Below are positions 9,833-19,207 of a stretch of DNA of 64,000 bases, piece after piece. Positions within the stretch are counted from its first letter, which is position 1. Each line of letters opens with the position of its first letter. The position numbers and the translations under genes were made by a program. The stretch lies in the sequence record DRR723986_2444; one strand, given 5' to 3'. The notes beneath the pieces are model-generated. The model had not been told where the DNA came from, ran no database searches, and saw nothing but the letters and a program-made list of their open reading frames with translations.

Positions 9833-11062
9833 ATGAGTCTGATTGTTCAAAAATTTGGCGGTACTTCGGTCGGCACCGTTGACCGGATAAAGGCGGTCGC
9901 AGAGAAGGTTGCAGGCTTTCGGCGTCGCGGTGATGATGTTGTGGTAGTCGTGTCGGCCATGAGTGGCGAGACTAACCGCTTGATTGAAATGGCCAAGGCC
10001 ATGCAGGAGCACCCCACCCCAAGGGAGTTGGATGTTCTCGTCGCAACTGGCGAGCAAGTCACGATTTCATTGTTGTGTATGGCGCTGCATGAGCTCGGTG
10101 TTGGGGCGAAGTCCTACACGGGCAGCCAAGTGCGTATTCTCACCGACGAGGCCCACACCAAGGCGCGGATCAGGGAAATTGATGATCACCGTATTCGCGA
10201 AGACCTGGCGGGTGGCAACGTGGTTGTGGTGGCTGGCTTTCAGGGCGTGGATGAGAGCGGTAATATCACCACCCTCGGCAGAGGGGGCTCAGATACCACG
10301 GGTGTCGCCTTGGCGGCGGCGCTAAAGGCGGATGAATGCCAGATATATACCGATGTGGATGGTGTTTATACCACCGACCCGAGGGTAGAGAGCCAAGCGC
10401 GTCGGCTTGAACGCATCACCTTCGAAGAGATGCTGGAAATGGCTAGCTTGGGCTCGAAGGTGTTGCAAATTCGCGCCGTTGAGTTTGCAGGTAAGTACAA
10501 TGTGCCGTTGCGCGTATTGCACGCCTTTGAAGACGGCCCGGGTACGTTGATCAGTCTTGAGGAAGAATCAGATATGGAAAACCCGGCGATTTCGGGTATC
10601 GCGTTCACGCGCGATGAAGCAAAGATTACGGTACTCGGTGTACCCGATACACCGGGCTTGGCCTACCAGATACTTGGGCCAGTTAGCGATGCAAATATTG
10701 AGGTAGACGTCATTGTTCAAAACGTCGCCGAGGACAATACGACTGACCTGACCTTTACTGTCGGTCGAAATGATGTCGCGAAAACAGAGGCAATTGTTCG
10801 CAAGCTGGTCGAAGAGACGGGTGCGCGAGAGGTGAAAACCGACAATAAAATTGCCAAGGTGTCGCTCGTGGGTGTTGGAATGCGCTCACACGCTGGCATT
10901 GCAAGTAAAATGTTTAAAACTTTGGCGGAAGAGTCGATCAACATTCAGCTGATCACCACTTCAGAAATTAAGATTTCGGTGGTCGTTGATGAAAAATATC
11001 TAGAGCTGGCGGTGAGGGCCCTCCATACAGCTTTTGATCTAGATAAAGCGCCTACATCGTAG
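9833..11062 (+). CDS. lysC: Aspartate kinase
   Basis: QKFGGTSVG, TTLGRGGSDTT, YTDVDGVYTTDPR, two C-terminal ACT domains; conserved alaS-lysC-csrA order. Confidence 0.97.
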   Translation: MSLIVQKFGGTSVGTVDRIKAVAEKVAGFRRRGDDVVVVVSAMSGETNRLIEMAKAMQEHPTPRELDVLVATGEQVTISLLCMALHELGVGAKSYTGSQVRILTDEAHTKARIREIDDHRIREDLAGGNVVVVAGFQGVDESGNITTLGRGGSDTTGVALAAALKADECQIYTDVDGVYTTDPRVESQARRLERITFEEMLEMASLGSKVLQIRAVEFAGKYNVPLRVLHAFEDGPGTLISLEEESDMENPAISGIAFTRDEAKITVLGVPDTPGLAYQILGPVSDANIEVDVIVQNVAEDNTTDLTFTVGRNDVAKTEAIVRKLVEETGAREVKTDNKIAKVSLVGVGMRSHAGIASKMFKTLAEESINIQLITTSEIKISVVVDEKYLELAVRALHTAFDLDKAPTS

Positions 11063-11089
11063 AAACAGAGACGTGAACTGCTGCGCGCA

Positions 11090-11130
11090 TACGGATACGC
11101 ACGGGGTACGGATACTGGCTCTGGATAGGA
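11090..11130 (+). promoter_or_regulatory. Cluster of GGA motifs in the csrA leader (candidate CsrA autoregulatory sites)
   Basis: TACGGATAC twice (11090-11098, 11107-11115), plus TGGAT and the SD AGGA. Confidence 0.5.
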
Positions 11131-11139
11131 GAAAGCAAC

Positions 11140-11322
11140 ATGTTAATACTGACTCGTCGTATTGGTGAGACGCTCATGGTCGGTGACGAAGTGACTGTCA
11201 CTGTATTGGGAGTGAAGGGGAATCAAGTGCGTCTGGGTGTGAATGCGCCCAAGCATATCGCCGTTCACCGGGAAGAAATTTATGACCGCATTCAAGGCGA
11301 GAAAGACGGTAATAAAGAATAG
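11140..11322 (+). CDS. csrA: Carbon storage regulator CsrA/RsmA
   Basis: [48 protein letters not shown]. Confidence 0.99.
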   Translation: MLILTRRIGETLMVGDEVTVTVLGVKGNQVRLGVNAPKHIAVHREEIYDRIQGEKDGNKE

Positions 11323-11344
11323 CGGGAAATTAGCCTAAAGGCCT

Positions 11345-11379
11345 TTGATTCTTCGCTCAGTATGGTATTATGCCGCGCG
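11345..11379 (+). promoter_or_regulatory. Putative sigma70 stable-RNA promoter for tRNA-Ser
   Basis: TTGATT, then extended -10 TGgTATTAT, then GC-rich discriminator GCCGCGCG. The -35/-10 spacing is short at 15 nt. Confidence 0.5.
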
Positions 11380-11449
11380 TTTCGTTGCTAACACGCTTTT
11401 GAAAACAAGGCCTTAGCAACGAACCTCCAACAGAAAGTTGGAACAATTC

Positions 11450-11542
11450 GGAGAGGTGGCCGAGTGGCTGAAGGCGCTCCCCTGCTAAGGGAGTATGGGG
11501 TTAATAGCTTCATCGAGGGTTCGAATCCCTCCTTCTCCGCCA
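11450..11542 (+). tRNA. tRNA-Ser (GCT)
   Basis: GGAGAGG acceptor stem, D arm GGCCGAGTGGCTGAAGGC, anticodon loop CTGCTAA, long variable arm, GGTTCGAATCC, encoded 3' CCA. Confidence 0.97.
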
Positions 11543-11547
11543 TACAT

Positions 11548-11580
11548 AAAAGCCCCAGTCTAACGACTGGGGCTTTTTTT
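11548..11580 (+). terminator. Rho-independent terminator after tRNA-Ser
   Basis: AAAAGCCCCAGTC-taac-GACTGGGGCTTTTTTT. Confidence 0.92.
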
Positions 11581-11895
11581 ATGCTCGTATTTTGGGATTT
11601 TGCTCACTCCGTAGTGGTTGGCCGCGCTAAGACTTTACTTATGCGTTAGTTTGTGAGCAAAGTTATTCCCAATAACCCCTTTAAAATTAATGGTTTACGC
11701 AATGTAAACAGTTAAATTGTTGATGCATTCTCATTCTCATCCCTGTTACTATCTCTGTGTAAAATTCGTACTACTGTTTCTAGGGGTAACAGCGGTGATC
11801 TCGCGATAGGGAAGCTGTTGAGCTTGGCACATTTGTCGAGTTCGGCACATTGCTATATCGATTCGCAGCTACTGGATGGTCGACAAGGAATACAA

Positions 11896-13020
11896 ATGAC
11901 TAAGCGTATGGTCGTAATGCTGGCAATCAGCGGCGTTGTTTTTGGTGGCGTGTTTGGTATGAAGTGGTTTGGCAACCAGATGATGAATGACTTCATCGAT
12001 AATATGCCGACTCCGCCGGTGACTATTTCAAGCACTACGGTTACCCCGCAGCAGTGGGCTGCTCGTCTGAACGCGGTGGGTAGTTTGGTGGCGGTGAAGG
12101 GCGCCGACCTAACGGCTGAAGTTGACGGTACGATCACTAAAATTAGTTTTGAATCGGGGCAAAGCGTTGAGGCGGGCACCGAACTACTGAGTTTGGAATC
12201 GGTCGCCGAGCGTGGTGAGCTCGCTCGCTTGGAAGCGCAGGCAAAGCTTGCCGAGATTGAGCAGCACCGGCGCGAAAAACTCTACAAGCGCGGAACGATT
12301 TCTAAGTCTGAATACGATACCGCGCTGGCAGAAACGAATGTGGCCAAGGCGGCTGTCGAGGCGCAGCGCGGACGTTTGAATTTAAAAACTCTGCGGGCGC
12401 CTTTTGCTGGCGAGCTGGGTATTCGTCGAGTTGCATTGGGTCAATACCTCCGCGCTGGTGACAAGATCGTTACCCTGCAATCTTTAGACCCCATCGAGCT
12501 GGATTTTTCACTGCCTGAAAAGCAGTTGGGCAAGGTGAACCCTGGCAGAACGATCGAGATCGTTGTCGACGCGTTGGGTGGCCGCCAGTTCAGTGGCGAG
12601 ATTATCGCCGTGGAACCCAAAATTGATGCACAAACGCGTAACTTTGATGTGCGTGCGCGATTCGCCAATCCTGAAAAAGTGCTGAAACCGGGCTTGTTTG
12701 CAAAAGTTACGGTGAACCTGGGAGAGCCGACGCAGGTACTGGTTTTGCCAAAAACCGCTATTCAATACAGCTCTTACGGCGATTCCGTTTTCGTTATTCG
12801 TCAACAGGAAGGTGGCGACGCCGAGGCCCTGGATGTCATTCAACGCTTCGTTACCTTGGGAGAGGCTCGCGGCGATTTTATTGAAGTCATTTCAGGGGTT
12901 AAAGAAGGCGACGAAGTCGCCAGTACTGGGTTGTTAAAGCTGCGCAGTGGTCAGCCGGTTACGATTGATAACACGCTTCGTCCCGAGCCTAGCTTGACGC
13001 CTGCCCCCCCGCAGGGGTGA
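11896..13020 (+). CDS. RND efflux periplasmic adaptor (membrane fusion protein)
   Basis: N-terminal TM; LTAEVDGTI, LRAPFAGELGIR, LKPGLFAKV; AAGGA RBS before ATG 11896. Confidence 0.93.
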   Translation: MTKRMVVMLAISGVVFGGVFGMKWFGNQMMNDFIDNMPTPPVTISSTTVTPQQWAARLNAVGSLVAVKGADLTAEVDGTITKISFESGQSVEAGTELLSLESVAERGELARLEAQAKLAEIEQHRREKLYKRGTISKSEYDTALAETNVAKAAVEAQRGRLNLKTLRAPFAGELGIRRVALGQYLRAGDKIVTLQSLDPIELDFSLPEKQLGKVNPGRTIEIVVDALGGRQFSGEIIAVEPKIDAQTRNFDVRARFANPEKVLKPGLFAKVTVNLGEPTQVLVLPKTAIQYSSYGDSVFVIRQQEGGDAEALDVIQRFVTLGEARGDFIEVISGVKEGDEVASTGLLKLRSGQPVTIDNTLRPEPSLTPAPPQG

Positions 13021-13111
13021 TCGGCGATAAATAGCTTGATGGCCATAAATTAGGTTGATGGCCTCTAAAGAAGTTGATGACTCTCCCACGCCACTAACAA
13101 GGACAGGCGTC

Positions 13112-16100
13112 ATGCATTTCACAGATATCTTTGTTAAACGCCCCGTGTTGGCCATTGTGGTCAGCTTGGTGATCTTTCTACTGGGCTTGCGCGCAGCACA
13201 GGATTTGACTGTGCGTGAATACCCTGAAATTCAAAATGCGCGGATCAGTATCTCGGTGGTTTATCCGGGGGCAGACCCAGAGCTTGTCGAAGGTTTCATC
13301 ACCACGCCGCTGGAGCGAGAGATAGCGTCAGCAGATGGTATTGACTTTCTTACCTCCAATTCTGCTCAGGGATTGTCGAGCATCTCGGCGAACCTGAAAA
13401 TTGACAAGGACCCCAATGAGGCGCTGACCGAAATATCCGCAAAAGTGAACAAGCTGCGCAGCCAGCTACCGGAAGGCAGTGAGGACCCTGTTATTCAGTT
13501 AGCGGGTGCCGGTGACAACGCGGCGATGTACCTGTCGTTTTATTCCAAGACGCTGAGCAAAGCGCAAATTACTGATTATGTGGCGCGGGTTGTTGAACCG
13601 GAGTTATCTGCTCTTAGCGGTGTTGAGCGCGCGGTGATACTCGGCGGCAGGAATTACGCCATGCGGATCTGGTTTGACCCGGAACGTCTCGCGGCGCACA
13701 ACATGACACCGGGCGAGGCCTTTTCAGCAGTTAAGCGGCAAAATGTTCTATCAGCCGTAGGAGAAACGAAAGGGCAGTACGTTAAAGTCGGCATTTCTGC
13801 AGATACAGATCTGAGCACAGTAGAGGCATTCAGGGACCTTGTGCTGCGCAGTGAAGGAACGCAGCTAGTGCGCTTGCGCGATGTTGCCGATGTGGTGTTC
13901 GGCGATGAGAGCTACGACTATGTGGCGCACTGGGATGCCGAGCCAGGCCTGTTTATCGGTATTGAAGTGCGCCCGGATGCGAACTTGCTGGACGTGACTG
14001 CGGAGATACGCGAAATGTGGCCGCGTATTCACCGCGCTTTGCCGGAGAGTATTGAGGCGAATATTTCCTATGACAGCACGGTCTATGTCAACGCGGCAAT
14101 CAGCGATGTACAGGCAACACTGATCGAAGCGGTCATTATCGTTATTCTGGTCATCTTCTTGTTCCTGGGTTCACTGCGCAGCTCAATGATCCCGGCGGTG
14201 ACTGTACCGCTGTCGTTGGTAGGCGCTCTATTTTTGATGTACTCGATGGGTTTCTCGATCAATCTGCTAACGCTATTGGCGATGGTCTTGGCCATCGGCA
14301 TGGTGGTCGATGATGCGATTATCGTGCTGGAAAATATCCATCGTCATATTGAAGAGGGAATGGAGCCATCTAAGGCTGCTTTGGTGGGCGCGCGCGAGCT
14401 TCTGGGGCCGGTGATTGCGATGACAATTACCCTGGTGGCAGTGTATGCACCGATTGGTTTCTTAACCGGAATGACGGGCAAGCTGTTTACCGAGTTCGCC
14501 TTTACCCTGGCGGGCGCGGTATTGATTTCAGGCGTTATTGCCCTGACGTTAACACCGATGATGTGCGCAAAAATACTGCAGTCGCACGATGAATCGGGTA
14601 GCAGTCGTCTGGAGCGTTTTCTGGATGAGAAGTTCGAATACTGGCGCCAGGGCTATAAGCAACGACTCCACTCCGCGATGGATCAGGTCAATGTGATTGG
14701 CGTATTCGGTTTGGTGGTGCTGGTATCGTGTTATTTCCTCTACCAGAGCAGTGACAACGAATTGGCGCCGGCCGAAGACTTAGGCTTTGCTGGCGTCATT
14801 GCCGAGGGCGACGGCTATGCATCGCCGGAGTACTTTACCAATGCCTTTTTGGCCGCTCAGAATTTGGCGTTGGAGCACCCCAATGTGGATCATACGTTTG
14901 CCTTCACCATCTCAGAAAGTGGTGAAAGCAATAAAGGCTTTATCGGCTTGATTGGCACCCCCTGGGACACTCGGACCAAAACAATGGGGGATGTCGCTAA
15001 CGACTTGAGTATGAGCATGGAGTCAGTGGCGCCGCTGCGCCTGGCGACATTCCAGCCGCCGCCGCTGCCAACTCCAGGGCAGGGCTATCCCGTGGAGTTT
15101 ATTCTCAAGTCGACGGCTGAGCCACAGCTGATGGCGGAAGTGGGCGATGAGCTGGTTAAGCGTGCGATGGCCAGTAAGCGCTTTTTCTATGTGGCCTCGC
15201 AGTTAAATTTCGATCGCCCCGAGGCCGAAATTATCGTCGACAGAGACAAGGCCGGTCTACTTGGCGTTGACATGCAAAGCCTGAGCTTAGATCTGAGTGC
15301 GATGATGGCGGGTGCAGAGGTGAATCGTTTTTCGTACATGGGGCGCTCGTACAAAGTCATTGCCCAGGTTGAGCGCGAGGAGCGCCTGAATCCTCAGCAA
15401 CTGACCGGGTACTACACGCGTGCGGCAAGCGGCGACCTTATTCCAATCTCCACACTCGTCGAGGTTGTGCAGCGAACCAAGCCAAGATCAATACCCCATG
15501 CCCAGCAATTAAATGCGAATACGATTATTGCAGTGCCGCGCCCCGATGTTTCCCAGGGCGAAGCGCTGGCCCTGCTTGAAGGTATTGCCAACGACATTAT
15601 GCCCGCCAACTTTCAGTTGGACTACGCGGGGAGCTCTCGGCAGTTCAAGCAAGAGGGCGGAGCATTGGAGGGAACCTTTGCCTTTGCCCTGCTGATTATT
15701 TACCTCGTCTTGGCGGCGCAATTCGAGTCTTTCCGGGACCCGCTGATCATTCTGGTGACTGTGCCTATGTCGGTATGTGGCGCGTTGCTGTGCATTAATA
15801 TTTTTGCACTGACTAACGGTATGCAGCTGACAACGTTCCCCGGTATGACCCTGAATATCTATACCCAGGTCGGCCTGGTCACCCTGATTGGGGTGATCTC
15901 CAAACACGGTATCTTGATGGTGGATTTTGCAAACCGGTTACAGGAACAGGGCGTGTCCAAGCGCGAAGCCATAGAAGAGGCCGCGTCGATTCGACTGCGT
16001 CCTATTCTGATGACCACGGCGGCGCTGGTGATGGCGATGTTGCCACTGCTGGTTGCCAGTGGTGCCGGTGCGGCATCGCGTTTCTCGCTAGGTATGGTTA

Positions 16101-16273
16101 TCGCCTCGGGAATGAGCATCGGCACGCTGTTTACCTTGTTCGTTGTGCCGGCCATGTACCACTACATAGGGCGAGATCACCGCGCCACGTCTTCCGCTGA
16201 GGGGGGCGTACTGGCCGAAGCGGGGCGCGACGGGTATGATCGCGCCTTAACTGAAAAAGAGGGTGTGTCGTGA
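13112..16273 (+). CDS. RND efflux permease (AcrB/MexW-like)
   Basis: FVKRPVLA, AIGMVVDDAIIVLENI, SKHGILMVDFAN, RLRPILMT. Confidence 0.96.
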   Translation: MHFTDIFVKRPVLAIVVSLVIFLLGLRAAQDLTVREYPEIQNARISISVVYPGADPELVEGFITTPLEREIASADGIDFLTSNSAQGLSSISANLKIDKDPNEALTEISAKVNKLRSQLPEGSEDPVIQLAGAGDNAAMYLSFYSKTLSKAQITDYVARVVEPELSALSGVERAVILGGRNYAMRIWFDPERLAAHNMTPGEAFSAVKRQNVLSAVGETKGQYVKVGISADTDLSTVEAFRDLVLRSEGTQLVRLRDVADVVFGDESYDYVAHWDAEPGLFIGIEVRPDANLLDVTAEIREMWPRIHRALPESIEANISYDSTVYVNAAISDVQATLIEAVIIVILVIFLFLGSLRSSMIPAVTVPLSLVGALFLMYSMGFSINLLTLLAMVLAIGMVVDDAIIVLENIHRHIEEGMEPSKAALVGARELLGPVIAMTITLVAVYAPIGFLTGMTGKLFTEFAFTLAGAVLISGVIALTLTPMMCAKILQSHDESGSSRLERFLDEKFEYWRQGYKQRLHSAMDQVNVIGVFGLVVLVSCYFLYQSSDNELAPAEDLGFAGVIAEGDGYASPEYFTNAFLAAQNLALEHPNVDHTFAFTISESGESNKGFIGLIGTPWDTRTKTMGDVANDLSMSMESVAPLRLATFQPPPLPTPGQGYPVEFILKSTAEPQLMAEVGDELVKRAMASKRFFYVASQLNFDRPEAEIIVDRDKAGLLGVDMQSLSLDLSAMMAGAEVNRFSYMGRSYKVIAQVEREERLNPQQLTGYYTRAASGDLIPISTLVEVVQRTKPRSIPHAQQLNANTIIAVPRPDVSQGEALALLEGIANDIMPANFQLDYAGSSRQFKQEGGALEGTFAFALLIIYLVLAAQFESFRDPLIILVTVPMSVCGALLCINIFALTNGMQLTTFPGMTLNIYTQVGLVTLIGVISKHGILMVDFANRLQEQGVSKREAIEEAASIRLRPILMTTAALVMAMLPLLVASGAGAASRFSLGMVIASGMSIGTLFTLFVVPAMYHYIGRDHRATSSAEGGVLAEAGRDGYDRALTEKEGVS

Positions 16274-16551
16274 TCAAGCACAACAGCTATTTTGACGAAA
16301 AAGTTCAGTCATTGGGTTTTGAAGGAAAATCTCAGCCGGTCTCGGTTGGCGTTATGGAAGCCGGTGAATACCGCTTTGGCACCGAAGCAGCGGAGCGCAT
16401 GCAAGTTATTACTGGCGCGCTGGTTGTATTGCTTCCGGGTTCCAGCGATTGGCAGCGCTTTAGCGCCGGGCAATCCTTCGATGTACCGGCCAACAGCGCG
16501 TTTGATTTGAAAGTGGAAGAGACCAGTGCCTACGCGTGTTTTTATGGCTAA
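16270..16551 (+). CDS. ppnP: Pyrimidine/purine nucleoside phosphorylase (YaiE/DUF1255)
   Basis: NSYFDEKVQSLGF, SVGVMEAGEYRFGT...ERMQVITGAL, FDVPANSAF. Confidence 0.9.
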   Translation: MIKHNSYFDEKVQSLGFEGKSQPVSVGVMEAGEYRFGTEAAERMQVITGALVVLLPGSSDWQRFSAGQSFDVPANSAFDLKVEETSAYACFYG

Positions 16552-17885
16552 TCGCACTTGGTGCTAGGTATAGCGTCCGGAGCGGCTTTCAAGTGCTCGA
16601 AAAGTGTTTGAAAGTGCTCTTGGACACTGTGAATATTGATATCCGCCAGCCCGCTAGATAAGCCAAACCACACGTACAAGCCATTTAGGTCTCGAAACAT
16701 AGGCGGCAGATAATGCGGCGCTTCAATGATGCCTTCCTGGCAATAGGGGTAGAGATGGGGGACGTCCTCCAGGGACACCTTGCCTACAAACAGCATTGGT
16801 AGTATTTCCGGCACGTCGCTGAGGATCGCGCTGCGAATAAAGTTTACCGTTTCGACAAAGCCCCTGACGTAGCTCAAATCTTTGGTGAAGCAGGCGCCAC
16901 CTTCCACCATTCCACCGCGGAATACCCGCTGGGCAATTTTGTAGCTTTCCTTGTTGCTGAGGCCCTGGCCAACAAAGTGCCGATATACATCGAGAAAGTC
17001 GCCCCCTTGTTCTGCGATATCGATGGCCACTACACGGTCACTGATTTTTCGCGCGCGCCCGGGAAAAGAGCTAAACGTCAGTGTCTCGATAAGCACTGCT
17101 AAGCCCTCTTGGAGGGCAGTAATACGGGGAGAGCCGACGCTTAGCCAGCTGGCCCATGGCTGGCGGCGACCATTTAACGTGGTGCCGACATGCACCCAAC
17201 CCTCGTGAACCTCCAAAACTTGTATATCGAGAAGGGAGAATTGCGCGTGGCGATTAATTTTGATGCAGTCGCCCCCGGCTGAGGCATCAGACACGATGCC
17301 ATCTGTTTCCCGAACGGTGAAAGCGGTATCCGGAAAAAAGGGCTTGAGTCGTTGGGAGAGCATTTCCACTGCGCCAGTCGCATCGATGACCTTGGGGTAG
17401 GGGGATGCAAGATGGTGGGCAGCGGGAAGGGAAAAAATGCTGCACAAGCGCTTACCCATGTCGATAAGCGGCAGGCTGTCACCCCGCAGACGATCGCGTG
17501 CAGAGCCATAAAGCCGCCGGCTGGCGGTCAGGAATGCCTTTTGGCCACGGTGCTCCAGTAGGTCAACCACGCTGCGGTACTGTTCGGCGGTTTGCCAAAG
17601 AATTTGGCCGAGCGCGTCGCCGTGTCCCAGAGCCCTATCGAGCCGTTGTTGGAAGTTTTTCAGTTGTGCATCAATCTCTGCCGCGTTGAAACTGAGAGGG
17701 TTGTTGCGCAGGTAGTCTTCACGGCACACGGTCGGCAGCGCGTTGGCGCCGTTCTCAAAAAAACGTTTCTCCACATCATGGGGCCACTTGATCGCGTCGA
17801 GTATCAATATCGGCTTTTGAATGCGGATCAGCTCATCCGAGAGCGCGCGCAGCGCTGTTTTATAACTTGTGGCGTCTGATGTCAT
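16548..17885 (-). CDS. DUF1704 / QEGLA-motif putative zinc metallopeptidase (MATCAP-like)
   Basis: HExxxH motif VHEGWVH, LQEGLA, RVFRGG, FTKDLSYVRG; GAGG RBS overlaps the upstream stop codon. Confidence 0.85.
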   Translation of the reverse strand: MTSDATSYKTALRALSDELIRIQKPILILDAIKWPHDVEKRFFENGANALPTVCREDYLRNNPLSFNAAEIDAQLKNFQQRLDRALGHGDALGQILWQTAEQYRSVVDLLEHRGQKAFLTASRRLYGSARDRLRGDSLPLIDMGKRLCSIFSLPAAHHLASPYPKVIDATGAVEMLSQRLKPFFPDTAFTVRETDGIVSDASAGGDCIKINRHAQFSLLDIQVLEVHEGWVHVGTTLNGRRQPWASWLSVGSPRITALQEGLAVLIETLTFSSFPGRARKISDRVVAIDIAEQGGDFLDVYRHFVGQGLSNKESYKIAQRVFRGGMVEGGACFTKDLSYVRGFVETVNFIRSAILSDVPEILPMLFVGKVSLEDVPHLYPYCQEGIIEAPHYLPPMFRDLNGLYVWFGLSSGLADINIHSVQEHFQTLFEHLKAAPDAIPSTKCD

Positions 17886-17892
17886 CACAGCC

Positions 17893-19020
17893 TCATTTTT
17901 GTAGCGTTAATATGCAGCGTAGACGACGTTTGCCAAAGCTTGCCATGTTGCTGAATTGTTCAAGTGATATTGGCACGCGGTGGTATTCAATCTCAGACTG
18001 CCAGTGGCCCTTGCTGCTGTCTAACGATTCGCCCCGACAGGTGTTGCTGTCGGGGTCATTGATATACACCGTATTTTCCTCTCCTCGGTACACATATACC
18101 CAGTGAGGCATGCGTTGGCGGTCGAGTGCCCACGTGCTGATCAGTGCGACAACGTGACGGTTTTCAATCAATAGCGACTGCAGGGCGGGTGTGTCGAGCT
18201 TATTGACCCGAATATCCGCCTTATAGTCCGTCAACTGCGCCATAAAATCGTCGTGAACCAGCTGCATAAGCTGGCGCTTGGAGGGCGAGCGAACGCTGTC
18301 GATGAAGGCGGGGGCCGTATCGCTAATAAAGAGCGTGGCGTTAAATTTTCGGCGCAGCGCCGCCAACATTAAGCCTTGTGGTGTGCAGCCACCGTGACCG
18401 CTACCCATATAGATGCTGGTGGCTTCCCGCCAGATTTGCAGCTCCTCGCGCCGGGAAAAGGGCGATGCCGGATCCAGGTCTCGCATGGCCATCATCAAGC
18501 TGGCGGGGCCGCAGGTAAAACCCGTGGTCTGCCGGTAGTAGTGGGGTGAGTGCGCGCCGCGCTGCGCGGGTGTTAGCAGTCGCTTTTCCATACGTACGGC
18601 ACTGCAACCATCGGCGTAGTAGTCACTGACATGGCCAAAAGTGCGGTAGCCACGGCGGTTGTACAGGGAAATTGCGGCGGCATTGTCCTCTCTGACTTCA
18701 AGGCGAAGAAAAACACTTTGCCTGTCGCGGGCGAGTTGTTCTGCTGCGTCGAGTAATAACATCGCGACGCCTTTACCGCGTTGGTCGGGGGCGACGGCGA
18801 GTGAGTAAAGCCGGGACAGCAGGGTGCCACGGCGAAACAGTAGCAATGCATAGCCCAGCAGTTTGTCAGCTTCACGACAGACGAGCAATTGGTGGGCGCC
18901 GTGGCGGATGAACGCTTTAAAGCTGCGCTGGGAGATCCGGTCACTACTAAAGCAGTGTCGTTCCAGCTCGACCAGTGCCGGCAAATCTATGGGGCTAGCG
19001 GGGCGAATACACGGCGACAT
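17893..19020 (-). CDS. RimI-like GNAT acetyltransferase fused to a peptidase C39-like (DUF3335) domain
   Basis: GNAT: RLYSLAVAPDQRGKGVA, LEVREDNAAAISLY. C39-like: YYRQTTGFTCGPASLMMAM, PHWV, INDPD. Start placed at MSPCIR. Confidence 0.88.
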   Translation of the reverse strand: MSPCIRPASPIDLPALVELERHCFSSDRISQRSFKAFIRHGAHQLLVCREADKLLGYALLLFRRGTLLSRLYSLAVAPDQRGKGVAMLLLDAAEQLARDRQSVFLRLEVREDNAAAISLYNRRGYRTFGHVSDYYADGCSAVRMEKRLLTPAQRGAHSPHYYRQTTGFTCGPASLMMAMRDLDPASPFSRREELQIWREATSIYMGSGHGGCTPQGLMLAALRRKFNATLFISDTAPAFIDSVRSPSKRQLMQLVHDDFMAQLTDYKADIRVNKLDTPALQSLLIENRHVVALISTWALDRQRMPHWVYVYRGEENTVYINDPDSNTCRGESLDSSKGHWQSEIEYHRVPISLEQFSNMASFGKRRLRCILTLQK

Positions 19021-19207
19021 GGGGCAGACTCGACAAATACCGCAGATGGCGGCGCATGTGCGGATCATACTGCGCATTATTTGCCGTCTACAACATAAAA
19101 TAGTGCTTGTTTCGCTGTTGCACTGGTCGCAGAATGCCGCAGCTTTTGCCACCGCATAGACGGTCGCTGATCCCGCATGGGGAGAGCATTTTGGGAGCAT
19201 GGAGCCG

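Noticed and set aside
11464-11649. 61-aa ORF
   Set aside because: It overlaps tRNA-Ser and its terminator, so it is spurious.
19021-19200. Cys-rich N-terminal extension of the GNAT-C39 protein as a possible precursor peptide
   Set aside because: It spans the divergent promoter region up to the ligase RBS and GNAT similarity starts at MSPCIR, so it is most likely an ORF-calling extension. No separate precursor ORF could be supported.
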